Notes under the pieces: generated by a model
What the model saw: the letters and a program-made list of their open reading frames with translations, nothing else
What the model was told of the DNA's origin: nothing
Databases searched by the model: none
Program-made: the position numbers and the translations under genes
Shown here: positions 53,229 to 64,000 of the stretch, in pieces
Position numbering within the stretch: the stretch's first letter is position 1
How the letters are laid out: each line of letters begins with the position of its first letter
Source: Eledone cirrhosa
Lineage: Eukaryota
Reading direction: 5' to 3'
Assembly: GCA_964016885.1 (NCBI GenBank)
Contig: OZ024741.1
Span: 144,770,001-144,834,000, forward strand
Length of the DNA: 64,000 nt

Positions 53229-54074
53229 TAGCAGAATGGCTCGGCATTGCTCGGGATTCTAAACATGTTTATCCCTCCTTTCTGAAACAGTACAGAGAAG
53301 TACAGAATACCTCGGCCTGGGGATGGTGTCTACATTTTGTGCTTATAAAAACATTTGTTGTAGATTACCAGGGGTTTAACTTAATTGGGTGCCTGAGAGT
53401 AAAATGCTCAACCCACGAAAACCAAGACGATAGGGTTAAGTAAAAAGGCATTCGACAAACCGAACATGTATTTGTTATGCTATGGTACAATGAAAGCAAT
53501 AGTTACAGAGCAGTAAGCATGTGGGACTGCAGTGGTGGAGAGCATGACGGAATTTAGTTGGATACTTTTAAGGTTACAGGCCCTAATGCAACGAAAATGC
53601 TAAACAATGTGGTCTCCGAGCAAAAATTTGAAATCTTTTTCAGCCAAGAAAATTTGTGAAACATAAGTAATGCATATGTAAAGTTAAAAAAAAATTGGTT
53701 GGGTACCTCTCGAGTTACAGGTCCTAACGCAACCAAAATGCTTTTAAAATATCAGTTTTTCGTCTAATGCGGTCCCTGGGGCAAAATATGAGAAAATCGT
53801 TTTTGCTCAAAACACTTTAAACGACATAAGTAATGCAAATTTTGAAGAAATCGCCTGGATTATTGTTCCATTATGCCTCAAAAAAGCATTTAAAGCCTAA
53901 AATATGCGGTTTTTCGCCTAATGCGGTCCCTAGGGCATTGAAAATTTGAAATAGTTTTTCTCAAAACACTCACACGACCATAAGTATTACATGTGTAAAG
54001 TTTGAAAAAAATCGTTTGGGTCGTTCTCAAGTTTTAAGGAGACAGACAGACATTCTCTGTTTTAGATATATAGA
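53229..54074 (-). mobile_element. Non-autonomous Helitron-like element with internal degenerate tandem units
   Basis: On the minus strand it starts a|TCtatatatc and ends CTAG|t after a GC-rich subterminal segment; recurring taatgcggtccct / cataagtaatgca blocks at 53570-54030. Confidence 0.65.
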
Positions 54075-54749
54075 TAATTAGTATTTATAGTTATAGTTTG
54101 GATAAGAGTTGCCATCACTATGGTTTCCTTTTAATTCATATTTCTTAAAAGTGAGCTAACAAATTAATTATGGCCCACTCTATGTATGTACATATCTCCT
54201 ACGGCTACCATTGTAGGATGTGAGTGGGCTTGAGAATATATTCTGTACTAAAATGCCTCAGACAGCTTGCAAGCTGTTATTATGGCATTCATCTATTATG
54301 GCATTCATCTAAAAAGGGGAAACTCTGAAATGAAACCTGTGGTTTATGTGGTTACTGGTCATCTTGCTTAGGAATGTCATCAGATAAAAACTACTGAGAG
54401 TGATACTCATGTTGTATAAGCATTTGTGACTATAATCCAACGATGTTTCTTTTGCAATATTATCGTGTCATTTTATCTGTCCAGTCAATGAAGGCCAGGA
54501 CTCTGAATTCTGGGATCCGGGTCATGTAAATTTGTGCCAATGAAATACCACCACTTCCATAGTTTTGTCACCTCAGGATAAGTAGTTTAGGTGGGAGCAG
54601 CCAATAATCTGTGTTGGAATGTTGTCACTGCCTGAGGGTGGAGTCTTGGTCTATCTTTTTGTTACTGGATTGAAAAGTCACCTTCTTGCACATGGTAAGG
54701 TGTAGACTTACAAGAATGATTGGGTGATATTGAGATTACTATCATCAAA

Positions 54750-55345
54750 CATGTCATCTGGTGGTCCCTAAGGAAACTAGGTGTAGAGGAATGGCTTGTG
54801 AGGACAGTGCAAGCTATGTACAGGGGTGCTGTCAGTAAAGTGAGAGTAGGAATGGAGTTTAGTGAGGAATTCCAGATACAAGTAGGTGTACATCAGTGTT
54901 CGGTCCTCAGCCTGCTCTTGTTCATTATAGTCCTCCAAGCCATAACAGAGGAGTTTAAGACTGGATGCCCATGGGAACTTCTCTATGCTTATGATCTGAC
55001 TCTTATAGCAGAATCAGTAGAGGAGCTAGAGAATACATTCTGGCTATGGAAACAGCATTTGGAATTAAGAGGTCTGAGAGTGAACCTAGTTAAAACAAAA
55101 GTGTTGATAAGTAGAAAAGAGGACTAAACTCTGATTCCGTCAGAGAAATGGCCATGTTCGATATGTAGGAAAGGAACTGGCATAAATTCTATAAAATGTA
55201 CACAATGCAGATCTTGGATACACAACAGATGTAGTGGGATAGCAGGCAAACTAACAGGTAGGGAAAACTACCTATGCAGTGGATGTACAGGGAAAGCTGG
55301 CAGTAGTAATCCCATTGATAGACACATTTTTCCAATGCAGGTGGG
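54750..55345 (+). mobile_element. RTE fragment, divergent subfamily C
   Basis: IWWSLRKLGVEEWLV...LLYAYD and a PHD-like region, diverged from subfamilies A and B. Confidence 0.85.
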
Positions 55346-55352
55346 TTTTATA

Positions 55353-56184
55353 CTTTGGCCACTAAAGGGTTCTCTCTAAAAATGAAAGGCAGGCTGTATG
55401 ATGCCTGCATACGAACAGCAATGTTACATGGCAGTGAGACCTGGGCATTGTGTTCAGAGGATCTACGCAGACTGGAGAGAAACGAAGCTTGCATGCTCCG
55501 CTGGATGTGTAATAGTAATATACGTGAACGGCAAAGCATAAACGAACTGAGTGAGAAATTAGGAATAAGAGGGATCAGATGTTGTTTACTCAAGAGAAGA
55601 CTACGTTGGTACGGTCACGTGATGCGCATGAAAGACGACAGCTGTATAAAAAAGTGCAGGGCGATAAAAATAGACGGTAGCCACGGAGTAGGCAGACCCA
55701 GAAAAACCTGGGATGACTTGATAAATTCCGACCTCACACACTTACACCTCTTCAAGACAATGTTACTGGACCGAGATCTTTAGTGCTACACAGTTATACA
55801 GAAGACCCGCCTTGCCTAAGTACAAAGTGAAACCTACTACAGTCAGTAGGCACCTCTAACAAAATACACCCCCATCCCACTACCCCCACCCCATCCACAC
55901 CACCCCCTTAAATGTGAAGTTATGTTGGTACCACAACATCCAGTCCTAAACAAATGAGGTTGTGTAGGTGTCACGACAATAAAACACACAGTCCATGCTG
56001 TAATATGGCCATGTAGGTAACATGGTAAAAACCTCCCAGTACACACTGTAAACGTGGTTGGTGTTGGGAAGGGCATCCAGCTGTAGAAAACCCGCCAGAC
56101 AGTCCTGAGCAAGACAACCAATCTTGCCTCAAGTGAGACAATTCCCGCCCAGACCCATGCTAGCATGGAAAATGGACGTTAAAC

Positions 56185-56218
<34 letters not shown>
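55353..56218 (+). mobile_element. 5'-truncated RTE subfamily A
   Basis: Closely matches 21170-22016; long (GAT)n tail. Confidence 0.9.
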
Positions 56219-56219
<1 letters not shown>

Positions 56220-56955
56220 GGGGAAATCAAAAAATATCTGTACTTTTACCAAAACTTTCTTTAGCTTGGCCACATTGCCTTCAGTGCTCACATGCTAAAA
56301 GGTGGTACACTTATAGTTACATAGCCAAGGTTTTTATTCTTGTGTTATAAAGTCAACATGGCAGCTCCATTAGCTGTGTGCACCGAGGAAGAGTAGAGAT
56401 TAGTGATCTGATTTCTCTTGTCTGAAGGTCTGTCAGGGGTTGAAATTCATCACATGCTTTCAGTACAATAGGGGGACAGTGCTCTATCACATAAAAGTAT
56501 ATATAACTGGATTGAGATGTTTAAAAATGGCCGAACAAGTATGAAGAACAAAGAGGGAGCAGGACTCTCATCAACCTCCACCAATGCCATGAAGATTTAA
56601 TGAACTCGAGAGATGGTTCTGGTGAACCGACAAGTGACATGTTTTCTGAAAATTAATCATGGTTCTGCATATGAAACCATCCATAAGATTCACTTCTGTA
56701 AAGTTTGTGTGAGATGAGTACTAAGAGAGATTACTAAGTGCATAAGCACAAGCATGTGGAGATCTGTCAATGCTTATTCAGCCACTACATTGATGAAGGT
56801 GAAGCTTTTTTGGAGAAAATAGTCACAGGAGATGAGACCTGGGTCCATTACTTTCAGCCAGAATCCAGAAAACAGAGTATGTTCAACCCCTGCTTTTGTT
56901 TTAATACATTACAGAAACAAAAGTGCTTATTATTTTTTACTTCCTCTTGTGTGTA
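56218..56955 (+). mobile_element. Decayed mariner element
   Basis: TIR-like gaggggaaatcaaaaa; MAAPLAVCT...GVEIH...YNWIEMFKNGRTS (HTH); FLEKIVTGDETWVHYFQPE. Confidence 0.85.
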
Positions 56956-56967
56956 TATATATATATA

Positions 56968-57762
56968 CTAGCTGCAGTACCCGGGAAAGGTGGGGTTATT
57001 CGCAGTTCCCAGAGTGCACCTGAAAATGCTAGTGATCCTGGGTGCCCATATTGGATTTTCAATAGTAACCTTTGCTAGGTGTGTTTATGGCAGATCAATT
57101 TTTTGTGTGGAACTATCAATAGCTATTTAAGTCAGCTTTCTTCATTCAGAGTGAATAAGCTGGGGAAGTTTGAGCTTGAAGAGTATCGAACTTATTCAAC
57201 AAACTTATGTATAAGAATAGCAAACTTACTGCCTTAGCGTTCAAGAACAAACACATTGAAGAAATTATAACCGAGTGAACATATTCAGGTACTGTTCAAG
57301 CACCCTGTATATCACCGTTTGTAAAGCCCTTTGAATGACTGAAGCAATTCAATAAAACCATCCCGTTTTCCCCCTATAGTAGACATAACCGAAGAAAACA
57401 CACCATCAGTCGGATAAACAATCAGAAGTGTTGGCCCTAAAGAGGGCCTTGTAATGTTCGCTGTTGCAAAGTGTCAATAATGGGGGAGAAATTACATCTT
57501 CTTAATTCGTGTTAATCTTCCAACGACCTGACACCTCGAAATATCGACAAAATAAACTCTACTCTCAAAGACAGCATGTTACAATTAACATGTCAGGAGT
57601 ACAAATATTTGTCAACATATGATTTGTTTTATTCTTTGGACTAATCTCATGGTAAGCCAGCTTCCAGGTCATTGATCATCACACTTTTTTGTAACTTATC
57701 ACTGATTCCTGCAGTTGACCTTAATGTGACCCAAGCATGTGCACATGTCCATATCAGTGGAT

Positions 57763-57803
<41 letters not shown>

Positions 57804-58391
57804 AAAAGTCAGGACCCCGACGGCTGAGCTCCAGCTGTTTCAACAGCTAGATTCGAACTAGGTCCTGATTCTTTTCCTATTACCCACTCTACTACCCTAA
57901 GTATCGAGTACTCTGGTGCGTTATGGTCCACCTGGTTTCTTACCACACTTTCTTTGTTAACCTACAGTAACTCCACTTTACACTCCCTGGATATATATAT
58001 ATAGACATCTGTTCAGTCGTCAACCAAAATTAGATTGTCATCTGCTTTGCTTGAAATTTCTTTATGTATATTTCTAATAAGTTGTTGCCTCGTTTTGGAG
58101 GACTGAGTTGTGGGAGGAGGAAGGGGAGCAGTGGGAGGGAGGGTTTAACATACAGTAGTAGTATCTCCTCTTACCCCTCTCTCACTGAAACGTCTTCTCT
58201 TTCCTTCTCCAACGTAAAGATGTCCCCAGCAGTTGCATTATTGATTTTTATTGAAATCTAACTAACCAGTCCTGTTTCTGAATATTAACTTAACATGTGT
58301 GTAAAGTTTCATCAGGATTGGATCACTGGTGTAGGCACCAACTGGTTATACACAGTACACAGATACAGAGACAGAAATTGGCATTTATATA

Positions 58392-58395
<4 letters not shown>
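56968..58395 (-). mobile_element. Possible Helitron-like element with nested insertions
   Basis: actagctgcagtacccgg at the left end and catgtgtgtaaagtttcatc...acaga...tttatatagtata at the right end, the same layout as 53229-54074. Confidence 0.45.
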
Positions 58396-58466
<71 letters not shown>

Positions 58467-60209
58467 TATATAGAGAAAGAGAAAGATGGTCAAACAACTA
58501 AAGGGGGACAGACAATCAAACAGATAGATAGATCGATGGATATATAAGTAGTTAAACAGAATGTATTTTGGTGTGTCATGAGATGAAGTAGATACTAAAA
58601 CTTGCAATAAGAGATGATACCTCTTCAGCTTTTATTGCCAATTTGGTTCATGCAAATACACACATTCATTAGCTTACCAATTTCAATGATAATCCTAAGA
58701 TAAATAGCCAGACAGATATAATTTCCATTATAACTACCATAATCATCATCATCATCACCATTGCCAGTCTTCAACCACTTCATAAACATCCCTCTCATCA
58801 TCACCAGCCACACTACCACCACTTTCATCATCACTGCCACTCCCACCATCACCACAGCCATCATGATCACCATCACTACGATCATTACCCCCACCATCAA
58901 TGAAGATACTTTAAATATTTGAATTAACAAACCACATGCAACTTATTAGCAAGACATTCTCGAAAAGTACAAAGCAGCACTATGCTAGATCACACTAAAA
59001 ATTAGTCTTTACTGCAATGTTGCAAATTTTCACAATGTTCTGTGCATTAGTAAAGATACTATTAACAAACATTTGAATTAACAAACCAGTTTTTAGATAT
59101 TTTCTGCTAAATCATTAGATGTTAGGCATGAAAGCATGTTATACAGTTATATCTTTTTTCTCCCATCGGTAGATTTAGGTTTATTACACAAATCTCACCG
59201 AATTTTATAACAGCTGGGTGAAATATTTGAACCTTTCATCAATACTGTGAGCTGTTTCTTCTATATAATACTCAATGACATTTATGTCTGACCTTGTGTA
59301 ATATATAATATTTTCCTTTTAACAGTCAGTATGTGGGTTTATTACATAATTCTTGCAGCCTATCCTAGATATATTTCTATAAAAATGATGATAGATTTGA
59401 TGGATCTATCTGTTTTGTACATGAGATTAATATGGATATTAGTTTTCCATAAGATTTTTCTAAATATATTAGCTGTTTCAATATTGGCTGTCGCATTATG
59501 TTCTTGACCGTTGTGTTCTCGTAACATTTACTGATTTCATTTATATTTTATATATAACAACATTATCCTAAAATGTGTTATAATGTATAGAGGGAATATT
59601 CTATCTTCATGATTCTTTAACACTTTGATACCAAACCACTTGTAACTGCCCTGGTTCTATGATGCATAACTGTATTCTAAAATGTTCATATTAATCTAAA
59701 AACCTTCCATTGTAATTTTATGTCAGAGCATTTGTTAAGTTATGTTTTGAACACCAGATAAATAATGAGAAAGTTAGATATATTGCTAAATCCCTCAAAA
59801 CTTTTCATACGGCCCTTTAAGGTCTGAGTTCAAATCTCGCCGAGGTTAACTTTGTCTTTCATCCTTACGGGGTCGATAAAATAAGGTACCAGTAATGCAC
59901 TGGAATAATTATTGGCCTTGTGCCAAAAGTAGAAACAATTATTTTCAAAATGATTTGAAAATAACAGGCATTACCTTTTATTGAAATATGACAACAAATG
60001 AGTGAATATAGTTTAGAATCATTATGTGGATTCCTCATATAGAATGATTCTAAACAAATGTTATGTAACTGAATAATTTCACACACTCACACATACGAGT
60101 ACAGAGAAAATAATGTTTAAAATGCTTCCTCTGATTGTGAAGTTTACCTTGTCAGTACATTTTGATTACTCTTAAAGTGTCTAACATCAACATATTGATG
60201 TTGGCTGTT

Positions 60210-60392
60210 AATTGTTTCTACTTTAGGCACAAGGCCAGAAAATACCCAGTGCATTACTGGTACTTTATTTTATTGACCCCGTAAGGATGAAAGGCAAAGT
60301 CAACCTCGGCGGGATTTGAACTCAGATCGTAAAGGGACGTAACTATGCTGGAAAGCATAGTTACGACCCTCTACTGATACTGCCAATCCACC
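60210..60392 (-). mobile_element. SINE family 1 copy
   Basis: Reverse complement of 62896-63085; a partial + strand copy lies at 59820-59940. Confidence 0.85.
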
Positions 60393-60478
60393 CAGACATA
60401 ATGGTATATTTTCTGATACACATACACACACATGAGCACATTCACACCTATTACATACACACACATATATTCATACAT

Positions 60479-60551
<73 letters not shown>

Positions 60552-60699
60552 TATATATATATATATATATATTCATACATACACACACACACAAACACCC
60601 ATTTTTTTTTATATATGTGTATGATTATAAATATATATATGTGAATATATACATATATGAATATATAGAATAAGTAAAAGCGAAGTTGTTTCAGATGTT

Positions 60700-60890
60700 C
60701 GGTGGATTGGCAGTATCGATAGAGGGTCGGACACCATGCTTTCCAGCATAGTTACGTCCCTTTACGATCTGAGTTCAAATCTCGCTGAGGTTGACTTTGC
60801 CTTTCATCCTTACGGGGTCGATAAAATAAAGTACCAGTAATGCACTGGGTGATTGCTGGCCTTGTGCCTAAAGTATAAACAATTATTATT
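60700..60890 (+). mobile_element. SINE family 1 copy
   Basis: Matches 62896-63085. Confidence 0.88.
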
Positions 60891-61058
60891 AAAGGACTTG
60901 AACATCTGAAACTACTTCACTTTTACTTATTCGATATTTACTCCGTCACTCCTATGTGGAAAAAGTACGTTGAGTGCTTGAATTGAATTGCATCAATGTT
61001 TACCCTAAGTATATGAATATATATATATGTGTGTGTGTGAATATATACATATATGTGA

Positions 61059-61116
<58 letters not shown>

Positions 61117-61119
<3 letters not shown>

Positions 61120-61965
61120 CAGCAGTGGAGGAGGGTGTTCTGAAAGTACAGTAGCCAGAGTTAGAACGGGATGGAAAACGTTCAGAGAGCTAATACCACT
61201 GTTGGCCACAAAAGGTTTCTCTCTAAAAATGAAAGGCAGATTGTATGAACAACAATGTTACAGCTTGTATATGAACAGCAATGTTACATGGCAGTGAGAC
61301 CTGAGCATTGTGTGCAGAGGGTCTGTGCAGATTGGAAAGGAACAAAGAATGCATGCTCCGATGGATGTGTAATATACACGAATGGCAAAACGTATACAAA
61401 GTAAGTGAGAAATTAGAAATAAGAGGGATCAGATAAAGTTTACTTGAGAGGAGAATACATTGGTATGGTCATGTGATGTGCATGAAAGATGACAGCTGTA
61501 TAAAAAAGTGCAGGGCGATCAAAACTGATGGAAGCTACGGAGTAGTTAGACCCAGAAATACCTGGGACGAGGTGATAAAAACTGACCTTGCACACTTACA
61601 CCTCTCTAAAACAATGTCACTGGATTGAAATCTTTGGTGCTATGCAGTAATACCGAAGACCCACCTTCCCTTACATACAAACTTAAAGTCAGTAGGCACC
61701 TCTTAACCAAATATACACCCCACACCACACTCTCTACTCCATCCTCCCACTTATGCCCACACCACCCTTTCTCTGTAAAGTTATGTTGCTACCACAGAAC
61801 ATCCAGTCCACACTGTAAAGTGGCAATATAGGTGTCACAACAAAAAGCACCCAGTCCACACTGTAAAGTGGTCGAGTAGGAGACACAGTAAAAAAGCTTC
61901 CAGTCCACACTGTAAATGTGGTTGGCATTAGGAAGGGCATCCAGCTGTAGAAAACCAGCCAGGAA
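61117..61965 (+). mobile_element. Truncated RTE subfamily A-like copy following (TA)n
   Basis: ISSGGGCSESTVARVRTGW...; 3' UTR present but no tail. Confidence 0.85.
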
Positions 61966-62895
61966 CAGTTAGAATTTAACTTCAAACATAGCTAAATTCT
62001 AATTCTATTCTATTATAAGTTGAGCCAATTTATACAGCTTCATATGCAAATGAGTTTAATCACCTCATTTACACAGACGAGAAAACTATATATTCTCGCC
62101 CGTTTTCAAAATCCAGCAGTTGCAAGGGCGGGAGAGATATTTTATCTATATATTTCATCCATTCATTGAGATGTTTAAGTATTAGAGACTAATTAATACC
62201 TGATTATATATATATATATAACTTTGATAACTTTAACACATCAAGATCTAGCACTTATATATGCACTTGCAATGACGGGGCCACATTTAAATACACATAA
62301 CATCACTCAACAACACAAAATTAATTGTACATGCAGCCAGTGCATAACCAGCTCATTTTGCACCAACACAAGCTGCACATCCAACATTTAAGCCACAGAA
62401 GTTGACTCCTAAATAGGTTCACACTACAACACCAATCCAATAGCGGTATTACAACAACAATATTCATCCAGGCACTCAATTACAGAACTATCAATATCTA
62501 ACTACATGTGGGTAACCCCCGCCATCCTGAGCACGCATAGCTGCTCAAGACAAACATAGGCCCACTTCATTGCATAACAAATAAATAATAATTACCCACA
62601 CCAACTATTTTACTACAAATACATTAAATATCATCACAACCACCCACAAACAACCACTCACATACATCTGTAGGCAGGCTCAAACATACGTACATGCAAG
62701 CTCAATAAGTACCTTATATACACACATACGTACCCACACCACCTACATACACATGCATTTTGACTCCATAGTACTAGAACTCCTTGAAATTTAAAATATT
62801 AAGATAAAATAAAAATGTATTAATCTACCCATAGTTTAAAGTATTTTAAGTGCTTAGCACAACAACCAGTAACACTTACAACAATAAATTATAAA

Positions 62896-63085
62896 TGGCG
62901 GTGGATTGGCAGTATCGGTAGAGGGTCGGACGCCATGCCTTCCAGCATAGTTACGTCCCTTTACGCTCTGAGTTCAAATCCCGCCGAGGTTGACTTTGCC
63001 TTTCATCCTTACGGGGTCGATAAAATAAAGTACCAGTAATGCACTGGGTAATTGCTGGCCTTGTGCCTAAAGTAGAAACAATTAT
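62896..63085 (+). mobile_element. Full tRNA-derived SINE, family 1 (Meta-like central domain)
   Basis: Box A-like tggcagtatcgg, box B gagttcaaatccc, central gcctttcatccttacggggtcgataaaataaagtaccag; at least 6 copies in the window. Confidence 0.88.
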
Positions 63086-63101
63086 ATATATATATATATA
63101 T

Positions 63102-63430
63102 GGAGGCACATGGCTTAGTGGTTAGAGCATTGGCAATCGAAAGGTTGTGAGTTCAATTCTCAGACCGGGTGATGTGTTGTTTCCTTGAGCAAGACACTTT
63201 ATTTCACATTGCTCCAGTTTACTCAGCTGTAGAAATGAGATGATAGGGACTGAGGTCCCTATCATTCCACTGCAAAGTGGTCGTGGAGGTGCCACGGCAA
63301 AAAAGCACCCAGCACTCACTGTAAATGAGGTTGGTGTTAGGAAGGGCATCCAGCTGTAGAAATCAAGCCAAAATCAGTTCCCGTCCCACCCTTGCAAGCA
63401 GGGAAAAGCGGACGTAAAATGAAATGAAAT
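63102..63430 (+). mobile_element. Full tRNA-derived CORE-like SINE with RTE 3' tail, family 2
   Basis: Box A tggcttagtgg, box B gagttcaattc, core ccttgagcaagacactt; 63268-63384 matches the RTE-B 3' UTR (51468-51576). Confidence 0.88.
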
Positions 63431-64000
63431 ATATATATACACACACGCATGCAGGCACACGTACATGCGCACACACGCACACTGACCACCATCATTGTTT
63501 AACATCTACTTTTCCTGCTTGCACGGGTTTAGATAGTCACGTTTTGAGGTTAGACTTGTCAGGTGACCATGTCTTGCACAATGTACCATTTTTGGCATAG
63601 TTTCTACAGATAGATGCCTTCCTAATGCCACCCACTTTACAGCTAGTACTGGGAACATTTTGTCATGACTCCAGAACTGTAGCATATATACAAATATAAG
63701 TGCCATGTTCACACACATTCGCATCCACAACTCCTCCACACATTTAACTCCATAGTACTAGAAGCTTTCTAATTGAAATGTGTTTTCGTTTTTTTTTAAA
63801 TAAATGTATACTTCTGACTGTAATTTAAATGTTAGTTTAGCTACCAGTAACTAATACAAAAACAACTCGAACCAATACATGCACTCAAAGTAACAACAAC
63901 AATTGTAATACCAACTAGATAATCTGTGATTTTTGGAGATAACTAAGAAATAAGGCCCCTTGTTGACAGATATAATAATATAATAATAATTGTTTCTACT

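Noticed and set aside
57300-57480. Helitron helicase coding remnant (FATANITRPSLGPTL...GVFS)
   Set aside because: Resemblance to the helicase motif is too weak to call by eye.
62896-63170. tRNA genes
   Set aside because: The A/B boxes belong to multi-copy SINE heads that run on into SINE bodies; no full cloverleaf or poly-T terminator was seen.

Overview
AT-rich eukaryotic DNA made almost entirely of transposable elements and (TA)n/(CA)n/(GAT)n microsatellites; I found no confident host gene. The repeat mix (RTE LINEs with GAT tails, tRNA-derived CORE-like and Meta-like SINEs, Penelope-like elements) suggests a cephalopod/octopus genome, but this is inference. The centrepiece is a near full-length but disrupted RTE-clade LINE (about 15.7-22.0 kb). 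Its 5' region holds about 37 near-identical 69-bp monomers, each with CCAAT and ETS-like motifs, and its RT region carries a PHD-type C4HC3 finger. Also present: many truncated RTE copies from at least three subfamilies, a SINE with the RTE 3' end, a Penelope-like element with GIY-YIG and inverted termini carrying hammerhead ribozymes, further hammerhead mini-elements, R4/Dong-like and CR1-like LINE remnants, Tc1 and mariner relics, hAT/pogo/piggyBac-type MITEs and non-autonomous Helitrons. Several fold-back duplications are fused to short RTE-type tails. All calls were made by eye, and most boundaries are approximate.
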